64,000 nucleotides of DNA, taken from the IMG/VR virus record IMGVR_UViG_3300007735_000801; one strand, 5' to 3'. Position numbers and translations under genes: made by a program. Of this stretch, positions 8,618 to 17,547 are shown piece after piece. Source of the DNA: a virus. Every line of letters starts with the position of its first letter. Positions within the stretch are counted from its first letter, which is position 1. The notes below the pieces were generated by a model. It ran no database searches. It saw nothing but the letters and a program-made list of their open reading frames with translations, and was not told the DNA's origin.

Positions 8618-10758
8618 TATCAAATACTGAAATTAATTCTCCAAATATAACAATTACTAGTATAGGTATTCGTAATAGCTTTGGTGTAGATTTTCAGATA
8701 TTTCCAAGAAATAATAGCACTGGTGTAAGTGATGAATCTTTTTTATTAGACGAACTAACAATTAAAGAAGATATGTTTTCGGAAGCTGTATTTGGATCAA
8801 TAAGCTTTTTTGATTCTTCATATATTGTTGATCAATTAAATTTAACTAGTTCTTTAGATAGTGTTTATTTTAAACTAAATGCGTTTGATACTAATCATGA
8901 ATATAGAATATTGGACGTAAATGTTGCATCAGACCTTGCCAGCAAACAAGTACACGGTCCTATTGGCACTGTAAACAAAGTAACCATACGATTTTCTTCT
9001 GATTCGTTTATTAATAAAAATTTTGATACTTTGTTTGATGCAAATTATATTGGAAAAATTTCAAAAGGTTCTGGTTCAGAGTCAGGAACACTATCCACAC
9101 CACCAGGCTTTGACCAAGCAGAATACCAAACACACGAAGCTAAGATGCAGGGGTTTGTTCAGCATTTAATGGAAAAGTATAATTCAACAATAGGTATTGC
9201 TGGTCAAAAACCTCTAAATGCTGATGATACCCATAATGATATTTGGGTAAAGACCGAGAATTTCTTTTATCCTTTATTTAAAATAGGAAATAATTTACGT
9301 ATTTCTCAATTAATGAATTATGTTTGTGAATATGCTTGCTACAAAAAGAATCCTAAAGCTGTTAATTTTTTCTTTTGGGAAGATACTCAAAAATGGAATT
9401 TTAAATGCATTGAATCTCTGCTATCAGATCCGAATAATTTTAAAGGATATTATAATTTAGCAGGAGATAGAGGTCAAAGTGAAAATTATTCAGATACTAT
9501 AGTTGCGATGGAAGTTATTAGTGATACTTCTCCTTTGAAATTGTATGATGGTGGTGCTGCATTTAGTGAATATATTAGAGTAAAACCTGATTGGGGAAAT
9601 CCGTATCGTGGATTTGTAGACAGCACAAACAGTCTTCTTCGTGAACAAGTAACTTATAATTATAAAGACGCTGCGGGTACCAATACTGCTGAAGGTGGAT
9701 GGAAAAGAATTGCACCATGTTCTCCATTTACTGATTTTATTTTAAACAAATACAAAACAAAACAGGACTATGGAACTGTCAGAATTTCTGATTTAAATTA
9801 CGGATTTTACAGTAATGCCTATAACGCAAAAGACCTTCCTTGGTGGAATTATTACGATTTTAGTTCTCCGCATGGCTATTTAGGTGATAAGATGGCATTA
9901 CCCGAAGCAAGTGGTGGATACGATATTCATAATAAACGTGATTTGTTTGATAAACATCCAGGATCCAAAGAAGTTTCTAGAATTGATTCTGAATATTGGC
10001 AAGCACAATATGATTTTTGTGAATTACCTGGAGCATTTCTCAGAACAATTTATAAAGATATTAAATGGGCATTAACTGAAGCTAGAACATTTTATGCTGA
10101 AGCCAAAGCAGCAAAAAAATTATGGGACGTTTATCGTAATGTTATTTGTTGTGATTCTGCTTCTAGTTCAAATGGTAGTTTTTTTGCCATTCTTACTAGT
10201 GCAGAGGAAGTAACTGCTGGTCCTCCAGGAGGCGTATATCGTTATGATTGGAGACAAATTGAATTATGGCCTCGATCAGAAGTAGATAAAATATCAGATA
10301 CATCTTATGAAATTATAGAATCTAAAAATATACCTTATCATTTTGTTTTTATTAGCTCAAAAAAGCATGCTAAAGGTAGCGATGCGTATAATTTAAATGA
10401 ACTTTTAAATTCTTATATTCCTACAAGCAAAGAAAAAGGGAATAAGACTTTAACTATGGGACCTGGTATATCTGTTCCTACTAATACTATGAGTTATAAA
10501 GATAGAGAAGATACAACTTCATATCCAAAACATTTTTCGATGATGCCTATTGGTGAATATTTAGTATCAGAAAAAGGAAGTTGCGATCCTTCAAGATATT
10601 ATAGTGGTCAAATTGTACAATTACAGGCAGTATCTCCTGATTCTATGTCAAACATTAAAGGTTTTACTACTGGTTCTAACAAACAAAAATCTAAAATTTA
10701 TGTGTTTGATGCACAAAATGCTCATGATGGTATTTGTGGAAAATGTTCGGGAGATTAA
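8614..10758 (+). CDS. Baseplate hub-like protein (gp27/gpD-like), N-terminal part
   Basis: LDELTIKEDMFSEAVFGSISFFDS and FFFWED...WNFKCIESL resemble the hub protein that follows gp53 in T4-like phages; Cys-rich C-terminus. Confidence 0.55.
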   Translation: MISNTEINSPNITITSIGIRNSFGVDFQIFPRNNSTGVSDESFLLDELTIKEDMFSEAVFGSISFFDSSYIVDQLNLTSSLDSVYFKLNAFDTNHEYRILDVNVASDLASKQVHGPIGTVNKVTIRFSSDSFINKNFDTLFDANYIGKISKGSGSESGTLSTPPGFDQAEYQTHEAKMQGFVQHLMEKYNSTIGIAGQKPLNADDTHNDIWVKTENFFYPLFKIGNNLRISQLMNYVCEYACYKKNPKAVNFFFWEDTQKWNFKCIESLLSDPNNFKGYYNLAGDRGQSENYSDTIVAMEVISDTSPLKLYDGGAAFSEYIRVKPDWGNPYRGFVDSTNSLLREQVTYNYKDAAGTNTAEGGWKRIAPCSPFTDFILNKYKTKQDYGTVRISDLNYGFYSNAYNAKDLPWWNYYDFSSPHGYLGDKMALPEASGGYDIHNKRDLFDKHPGSKEVSRIDSEYWQAQYDFCELPGAFLRTIYKDIKWALTEARTFYAEAKAAKKLWDVYRNVICCDSASSSNGSFFAILTSAEEVTAGPPGGVYRYDWRQIELWPRSEVDKISDTSYEIIESKNIPYHFVFISSKKHAKGSDAYNLNELLNSYIPTSKEKGNKTLTMGPGISVPTNTMSYKDREDTTSYPKHFSMMPIGEYLVSEKGSCDPSRYYSGQIVQLQAVSPDSMSNIKGFTTGSNKQKSKIYVFDAQNAHDGICGKCSGD

Positions 10759-10772
10759 TAGGAATATAAAAT

Positions 10773-11726
10773 ATGAGCAAATTAATTAAAACTTTTACAT
10801 TTTCTAAAGATGATTATGGTCCGATTGGTTCTAGTACTGAAAAAACATATGATGTTATTTTAAATAAGGATTCTTCTGGAAATTTTGAAATTAATGATTT
10901 AGGACCTTGTATGAATCCTAATGGTTATGTTTCAAATGTTGATTGTCCAGAAAGCGATCTTCTGTGTAATTGTCCAAAAGAACTAAAACCAAATCAACCA
11001 GAACCATCTGATATATCTCTAGAAAACTTAAAATATAATACTAATGAATGTAATTTAATAATAAAAAATCTTTCTAATAGATGGTTTGGAATTGATTATT
11101 TTAATCCATCATGTTCTTATAATTGTACTGATATTAAAATTGAAGGTAGTTCTTCTTCTGGGTTTACGGGTATTAATGGTGGTGGTGATACTAGTTCTGG
11201 TTCTAGTGGAGGAGATTCTGGTTCTGGTGAAGGAGATTCTGGTCCTGCAGACCCAGACAATGCTCCAATAAGATTATTATATAAAGGAGAACAATTTCCT
11301 TCAGAATTGTCGGGTTCGTCTGGTGAAGGCTCGTCTGCTGGTAGTTCATCTACTGCAGGTTCGTCTGCTGGTCCTAATTTTAAACATTATCTGGAATACT
11401 CTAAAACAAATGCTACTTTTTGGAACACTCCTAAAGAAACGCCACTCTATCGAAAAGCCCAAACCGCCCTATTAACGTATCAGCGAATAAAAATTGTTGT
11501 GAATGGGGATTTTGATATAAAGCCAGGCAATATTGTAGGCATAAACATGCCGACTCCAGAAATGCGTAATATAAGAGAAACAAGATTTTATGGAAAGTGG
11601 ATGGTTTACAAAAATGAACACATAATTACTAGCCAAAAGCACTCCATGATTTTATACCTAATGAGGGATGGTAATTATCACAATCCAAATCAAGTATTCA
11701 ATATAAACATAGAAAAGAAGGTATAA
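10773..11726 (+). CDS. Baseplate hub-like protein, C-terminal part, with Cys-rich N-terminus and Gly/Ser linker
   Basis: IKIVVNGDFDIKPGNIVGI...YGKWMVYKNEHII...HSMILYLMRDG matches the gpD/gp27-type C-terminal barrel. Confidence 0.6.
   Translation: MSKLIKTFTFSKDDYGPIGSSTEKTYDVILNKDSSGNFEINDLGPCMNPNGYVSNVDCPESDLLCNCPKELKPNQPEPSDISLENLKYNTNECNLIIKNLSNRWFGIDYFNPSCSYNCTDIKIEGSSSSGFTGINGGGDTSSGSSGGDSGSGEGDSGPADPDNAPIRLLYKGEQFPSELSGSSGEGSSAGSSSTAGSSAGPNFKHYLEYSKTNATFWNTPKETPLYRKAQTALLTYQRIKIVVNGDFDIKPGNIVGINMPTPEMRNIRETRFYGKWMVYKNEHIITSQKHSMILYLMRDGNYHNPNQVFNINIEKKV
11145..11375 (+). repeat. Low-complexity Gly/Ser coding repeats (GGAGATTCTGGT; TCGTCTGCTGGT)
   Basis: GDTSSGSSGGDSGSGEGDSG and GSSAGSSSTAGSSAG. 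Confidence 0.7.
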
Positions 11727-12118
11727 TGAACACAACAGTCACAAGATTTACAGACATAGACTTTCTTCTTACTAAAAACGACTTAACAAATGACGTAAAT
11801 ATTAAGTATGATGCTAATGCTATCTCACAATCTATAAAAAATATCATACTAACTACACAAAAAGAAAAACTATTTTCTCAATTTTTTGGTGGAAATGCTT
11901 ATGATTTAGTGTTGAGTTCTCCTTCTCCTTTGGATATTGCCAGTAAACGATCACTTTTTGCAGCTGCTATAAAAAATAACGAACCAAGAGTCAATGTTCA
12001 GAGTATAAATATTACGGATTCGGGAGAAGGTGGTTGGCTTATAAAGGTATTATATCGCACAACTTACAATCAAACTAACCCTCTTAATACACAACAAATT
12101 GTAACAATATCACTATAA
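11726..12118 (+). CDS. gp25: Baseplate wedge gp25
   Basis: FTDIDF, AISQSIKNIILT..KE, IKNNEPRV; immediately before gp6. Confidence 0.92.
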   Translation: MNTTVTRFTDIDFLLTKNDLTNDVNIKYDANAISQSIKNIILTTQKEKLFSQFFGGNAYDLVLSSPSPLDIASKRSLFAAAIKNNEPRVNVQSINITDSGEGGWLIKVLYRTTYNQTNPLNTQQIVTISL

Positions 12119-12131
12119 TAAGAAAATAAAA

Positions 12132-13847
12132 ATGGCAAATCCTAAAATAAACATATCTTCTCTTACTTTTGATGACATTAAAACCTCGTTAAAAGCCTAT
12201 TTAAATAATCCAACCCTAAATCCTCAGTTTGTTGGTTATAATTTTGATGGATCTGCCTTAAATACCCTGTTGGATATCTTTTCTTACAACACACTATTTT
12301 ATTCTTTTTACAGTAACATGATTGCCAATGAAACCTTTTTGAGTACTGCTAGCCTAGAAAGCAGTATTGTTTCTTTGGTAAAGCCGCTAGGATATTTGGT
12401 TCCAGGCAAATCATCAGCTAAAATTCAGTTAAACGTGTCTCCAGCTTCTGGTAGTGTTACCGTTAATCCTTATTCTACTGTATTTACTGGGTTTAGTCCT
12501 TCTGGAGCTTCCTATTTGTTCTACTCCACTGAAGAAGTTTCGGTAGCCTCTGAGACCGATTTAAGCATATATGAAGCAAAATCTGTTGTCAACAATCTAG
12601 AAGTAACTGTTGATATCACGGAACAAAAGGTATTTTTAGGGAATACCAATGTTGATATTAATACTTTAACAGTAAAGGTTAATGACGTTGCCTGGACAAA
12701 GTATAATACGTTTCAGAGCAATCCAGGATCCGAAGGTACGGTTTATTTTCTAGATAGAACTTCTGGTGGTTTTTATATTATATTTGGTAAAAAGACTATT
12801 AATGATTATCAAACAACCTTTGGTAAAACTATAGCAGAAACAGATGTAGTAACAGTATCCTATCTTATTCCTTCTGGTGCTGGTGCAAACAATATTAATT
12901 CTGTCACTAATACTAATCTGGTAGTAAACAGCACAATACCGTCTATTGGTGGTGCAGATGGTGCAGATCTAGATTTGGTTAAATTCTTTGCTCCCAAGAT
13001 GTTTGCTGCTAATGATCGTGCAGTTACCAGAGACGACTATTACGGAGTATTGTTTAATTCCGACGTTCTTCCAACCAGTATTACCACACAAGATCAGGTG
13101 AATGTATGGGGCGGAGAAGAAGCGGATCCTCCAGCGTATGGAAGAGTATTTGTTTCTTTTGCAGACGAAACCTTGGATAAAACAACGCCATCAATTCAGA
13201 AATGTATGGAATTTTTAAAAACTAAAAGTGTTGTTACTGTTATTCCAGAATATGTGGAACCTCAATTAATAACAGTAAATTTAAATATACTTCTTGGAAA
13301 TGCTAGAACAACACAATTAATACCAATTCAAAACACTATCAACGACTTCTATAATACCACGAAAACATTTAACGACAGCATTAATATGGGTGATATTGTG
13401 GACCTGATCTCTTTAGGATTATACCCAAACGTAACTAGCATGTATCTAGAATCTGCCTCATTGGTATTAGAAGTCTACAGTTCATCGGTATCAAAAAATG
13501 TATATTTTAAAAATGAATTTGCTTCTGTGACTAGTATTTTACCAGTAGGATCTGCAGTATATTCAGGCAGTTTCTTGTATAACGGAAACACAATTATTCT
13601 GAAGGATAAACCAACCATATTTGATGAAAACAATTTTGGTTTAGAGGGCGAACTTCACGGATATTCTGGTACTACTGATGTTGGTGTTCTCGGATATGTG
13701 AATTACGTTTCTGGTTATGTCACTATAGACGCTAACGTTCTTCCAACATCAACAACTACATCTATTACGGCAATTCCAAAATATCCAGATAACATTGTAA
13801 TCAAGAATGAATTTGTATTAATAGCAAACACCACAGTAAGAATATAA
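12132..13847 (+). CDS. gp6: Baseplate wedge gp6
   Basis: LTFDDIKTSLKAYL, YNFDGSALNTLLDI, ANETFLSTA, DRAVTRDDY, VWGGEEADPPAYGRVF. Confidence 0.95.
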   Translation: MANPKINISSLTFDDIKTSLKAYLNNPTLNPQFVGYNFDGSALNTLLDIFSYNTLFYSFYSNMIANETFLSTASLESSIVSLVKPLGYLVPGKSSAKIQLNVSPASGSVTVNPYSTVFTGFSPSGASYLFYSTEEVSVASETDLSIYEAKSVVNNLEVTVDITEQKVFLGNTNVDINTLTVKVNDVAWTKYNTFQSNPGSEGTVYFLDRTSGGFYIIFGKKTINDYQTTFGKTIAETDVVTVSYLIPSGAGANNINSVTNTNLVVNSTIPSIGGADGADLDLVKFFAPKMFAANDRAVTRDDYYGVLFNSDVLPTSITTQDQVNVWGGEEADPPAYGRVFVSFADETLDKTTPSIQKCMEFLKTKSVVTVIPEYVEPQLITVNLNILLGNARTTQLIPIQNTINDFYNTTKTFNDSINMGDIVDLISLGLYPNVTSMYLESASLVLEVYSSSVSKNVYFKNEFASVTSILPVGSAVYSGSFLYNGNTIILKDKPTIFDENNFGLEGELHGYSGTTDVGVLGYVNYVSGYVTIDANVLPTSTTTSITAIPKYPDNIVIKNEFVLIANTTVRI

Positions 13848-13850
13848 AAT

Positions 13851-14939
13851 ATGTTTTTCTTATTTAATAAAAATATTCCGAATAAAAATTATGCGGTTAA
13901 TATTAATGTATCTGGAATAGATGCTGAAATAATCACAGCAAGTATTAGATCTACCGCTCAAGAGATTTATAATTTTTATACTCCAACTCAACAAATTACC
14001 ACATCCTGTCATTATCCGTTAAACATTGCAGAATTATTTCCGTATTGGTTGCAAAAAGAGAGTGCCAATACCACGAGTCTAATTACCCTAACTGAAACAT
14101 ACTACCAGTGGTTAAACTGTAACACGCAAGACATTAATGAGGTAAGCTTTCTTCGTTTAGAAGACCTTACAGACTTAGAACAAATGCCAGGGAATTATGT
14201 AAAGCATTTAGCCAACACCTATTTAAACGCTTTACCGTCTGAGTTTATTAATAGTGAAGATTATACTGAAGGTATTATTGATGAAAGTAAAGTAAGAAAT
14301 TTAATAGACAACGTAAAAGTCAACCTTTATGCTCGTAAAGGTACAGATGAAAGTTTTAAATTTGTAATAAATGAATTATTTGACATAGATCCTGACAGAA
14401 TTACAGTTTCTTATCCTAAGAAATACGTAATGCGTCTGAATAGTGGTCGATTTGACGGAATGTCTGATAATTTATCGGATATGACCGACAGTTATTTGAA
14501 TTATTCTGTTATTTATGATGCAAATAATCTGTGGCAAGATTATTCTTATGTAGTTAATGTGTCTGGATTGACTGCAGAAAGTTACGAAACCACAGTTCGA
14601 CCCCTATTACATCCAGCAGGAACCGTTGATTTTTATCAAACCAGACAAGACATTTTTAATAATTTACAGGATTCTATTGTTATTGGAAAAAATGAAATAC
14701 CAATTATAAAAAATTATCGAGGGTATACTCTTGGTTCTAGCGAGTCTCTTGCTGTCTGTTATGCTGGATTTACTTCTGCTCCAACATACACATTCCCAAC
14801 ATGGGATCAAGAAATTTATGATAAATACTATATTGGCATGACTTTTGGCATGATAAATATAGAAGACTTTCTATTGTTATCTCCGATATCAGGCTATACC
14901 TATGCAAACGAAACACGCAGCGTCACTACTTGCCCATAA
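13851..14939 (+). CDS. gp7: Baseplate wedge gp7-like (short)
   Basis: LYARKGTDESFKFVINELF and WQDYSYVV...VRPLLHPAG; follows gp6. Confidence 0.8.
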   Translation: MFFLFNKNIPNKNYAVNINVSGIDAEIITASIRSTAQEIYNFYTPTQQITTSCHYPLNIAELFPYWLQKESANTTSLITLTETYYQWLNCNTQDINEVSFLRLEDLTDLEQMPGNYVKHLANTYLNALPSEFINSEDYTEGIIDESKVRNLIDNVKVNLYARKGTDESFKFVINELFDIDPDRITVSYPKKYVMRLNSGRFDGMSDNLSDMTDSYLNYSVIYDANNLWQDYSYVVNVSGLTAESYETTVRPLLHPAGTVDFYQTRQDIFNNLQDSIVIGKNEIPIIKNYRGYTLGSSESLAVCYAGFTSAPTYTFPTWDQEIYDKYYIGMTFGMINIEDFLLLSPISGYTYANETRSVTTCP

Positions 14940-14957
14940 CTAAAAGAATAATCCACC

Positions 14958-16331
14958 ATGACACAACCCAACTTATCAAACTTAACACTACAACAAGTAC
15001 CAAAAGAATTATTCTTGATCCTAGGCGGAAACAGAACACCAATTGATGATGGTTTTGATCCTCATGCAGACGCTGCTATTGCTCAAAGAATTCCAGAAAA
15101 CAAGAGATGTTTGGTTGCAAACAACAATATATGGCAAGCAGGAAAAATCTATACTCCCTGGACATTGGAAGCTACACAAAATTATTATGTTTTAAATCAA
15201 AGTAATAATATAGTGTATTTGTGTGTAGGCGATAATTCTAATAATGTAATAAACGGAACAGTGCTTACTTCTGCCGTTATTCCAAACCATACTACTCCCA
15301 CAGTAACTCTTTATGATGATGGTTACAGCTGGTTGCCTTTATTTAAAGTTGATCCTAGTCAGTATACCTTTATTAATAAAACAGATCTTCCTTTGTATGA
15401 CATTTCCGTGAAACAAGAATATACTACCTTTGCAGAAAAATACGAACCTCTTTGTGGATCAGGAGTTACTAGTTTTGGTTGTTGCTGTTTATATTTCAAA
15501 GATCCAAGCACAGACGAAATAACCAACGAAGTATATCTTCAGGGTGATCTAACTAATGAAACTATATTTTCTGATTGTTATGAATGCCAAAAACTGGCTG
15601 ATAATTTAGATCGTCAGGCTATATTTTTAAGAGGCTTGACTGCTGGTGGTATTACCACAAGCAATACAGGAGAAAATCCTTTATGTGCTGCTACCACTAC
15701 CATAAAAACTTTATCAGAAGAATTAACAGAAAATAAAAATACTTTTACTCCAGGCAGCAGTAACGAATTTGCAGTAAAACTATTGTCTGAATTTTCGAGT
15801 ACTAACGGTGTTATGACTGCTCGTATTGATTTAACTAATCTGACACTAGCTCAACGAACACTCTCCAGTTCAAATCCAATTGTCTCGATTATAGATCCTA
15901 TTGGTTCTGGTGCTAGTGTACAGTTAAAAACCAATCAAATTGGTGTCAATTCCTACGAAGTCTACGGAATTGAAACATCCGCATATGGTAAAGATTATTT
16001 ACTTCCAGATCTTCTGATTAGTGGAACCACTGCAGGAAACCCATTAAATACCGCAATTACTCTATTTACGTTTCCTGATAATATTTTTGAAAGTACAGAG
16101 GTTTTAGTTCCTGGACAAAGGTATAAAATTAATTCCACCATACTAAGTACAGATATTTCCAGTGTTTCTGGAATCGACAACATAAATAAGTATGGTATTC
16201 TTGCTAATCCAGGATTTACTTCAGAAAATGGATCAGCTCAGTTTGTACAAAATAGCGCAACAACTACTACTTTGGAATATCGTGTATTCCTTGGTCTTAA
16301 ATCAGATTTTCCGTTGTGCACGAATGCATAA
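14958..16331 (+). CDS. gp8: Baseplate wedge gp8-like with Cys-rich insertion
   Basis: WQAGKIYTPW, YYVLNQ..VYLCVGDN, DDGYSWLPLF; follows gp7. Confidence 0.75.
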   Translation: MTQPNLSNLTLQQVPKELFLILGGNRTPIDDGFDPHADAAIAQRIPENKRCLVANNNIWQAGKIYTPWTLEATQNYYVLNQSNNIVYLCVGDNSNNVINGTVLTSAVIPNHTTPTVTLYDDGYSWLPLFKVDPSQYTFINKTDLPLYDISVKQEYTTFAEKYEPLCGSGVTSFGCCCLYFKDPSTDEITNEVYLQGDLTNETIFSDCYECQKLADNLDRQAIFLRGLTAGGITTSNTGENPLCAATTTIKTLSEELTENKNTFTPGSSNEFAVKLLSEFSSTNGVMTARIDLTNLTLAQRTLSSSNPIVSIIDPIGSGASVQLKTNQIGVNSYEVYGIETSAYGKDYLLPDLLISGTTAGNPLNTAITLFTFPDNIFESTEVLVPGQRYKINSTILSTDISSVSGIDNINKYGILANPGFTSENGSAQFVQNSATTTTLEYRVFLGLKSDFPLCTNA

Positions 16332-16339
16332 GGACTAAT

Positions 16340-16768
16340 ATGGCAAACACAGATCCAGTCAAAAGTATAAATCTTTCTCCAACTAGCTATGCTACGCTTA
16401 ATGCTTCACAAACAGCTCGCAATTCAAATGCAGGAAATTATCAAGTATTTTCTACCCTAAGAAAAACTAGTAATGGAAAAATTACATATTCTAATACAGC
16501 TGATCAGTCATGCACCCAAACTGGTTTAGTTGCTTATGTAACTGATATTCCTGGTGCTATAAATCTTGGTGATACGTGGATTATTGGTGGGGAATCATAC
16601 GAAGTCAAATGGATAGAACCTGTTCCTGTTATCGATAAAACCAAAGGAAAATATGTGTCTACTGGTGTTCTGGATTTTGGAATATCTACTGGAGGAATAT
16701 CTGGTGGTGCTACAGGATCAGTAAAAGCATACAACTTCGATATTAGCATAAATACATTCACAGGATAA
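16340..16768 (+). CDS. Hypothetical baseplate protein (possibly detached gp8 C-terminus)
   Basis: AGGA RBS before ATG 16340; PVIDKTKGKYV loosely resembles the gp8 C-terminal P-E-I-x-K-Y-S-G motif. Confidence 0.5.
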   Translation: MANTDPVKSINLSPTSYATLNASQTARNSNAGNYQVFSTLRKTSNGKITYSNTADQSCTQTGLVAYVTDIPGAINLGDTWIIGGESYEVKWIEPVPVIDKTKGKYVSTGVLDFGISTGGISGGATGSVKAYNFDISINTFTG

Positions 16769-16780
16769 AAATAACCACAA

Positions 16781-17524
16781 ATGAGCATACCAGAACCATT
16801 TAAATCAGGATTTCCACTCAAATCTAACCCATTTCGAAGTAGAATCGAATCTCAGATAAACACTGCAAAAAATTATTATGCAGTAGCTTTTCGTCCTGGT
16901 TTTCCCCTGCAAGCTGCAGAACTTAACGAAATGCAAGAGATTTTTTACGTTCAGCAGACTTTGACTCAAACCATGATGTCTTCTTGGCTCACCAAGGTGA
17001 TATTTGATGCTCAAGCTGGTGGTTCGGTAGAGGGTCCAGGTTGGGATGGTTGCACTCCTCTCAATCCTAATCTTATTAATAATTTGTCTAGTGGCACAAT
17101 CACCTTATATGTTCTTCCAGGTTGGTACTTGGTGAAGAGTAGAGATTTTAATGGTGGTCTTGGTGTTTGGGTATATAATCCAGAAGAGCTTCCGTTGATT
17201 CAAAATTTTTCTAATACTTCTGCGGAAAGTACTACTGGTTATTACGGAATAAGAGTAAAACCAATAACTATTTCCTGTACTTCCACGGTTCCTGCAGGAA
17301 CTAATGAAGATAATTCCATTCAGGATCAAACCAATATTAATGTAATTAATGGTCCATGTGGTGCTTCTCGCCTGCAATTAAAAATTATGGGATTCGGACA
17401 CAGCTCTACCGTTGCTACAGGAGAAACTTTTCTTCCAATCTGTTCAGCAATTAATACTCCATCAAGCGCAGAAGTAAATTTTATAAACAATTATCAAATT
17501 TTCAGACAAGATTATATTACTTAA
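16781..17524 (+). CDS. DUF4815/VrlC-like structural protein, N-terminal domain only
   Basis: KNYYAVAFRPGFPLQAAELNEMQ and GASRLQL motifs; syntenic after gp8; CATAAATA at 16747-16754. Confidence 0.75.
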   Translation: MSIPEPFKSGFPLKSNPFRSRIESQINTAKNYYAVAFRPGFPLQAAELNEMQEIFYVQQTLTQTMMSSWLTKVIFDAQAGGSVEGPGWDGCTPLNPNLINNLSSGTITLYVLPGWYLVKSRDFNGGLGVWVYNPEELPLIQNFSNTSAESTTGYYGIRVKPITISCTSTVPAGTNEDNSIQDQTNINVINGPCGASRLQLKIMGFGHSSTVATGETFLPICSAINTPSSAEVNFINNYQIFRQDYIT

Positions 17525-17547
17525 CAACAACAGGATAATTACAAAAA

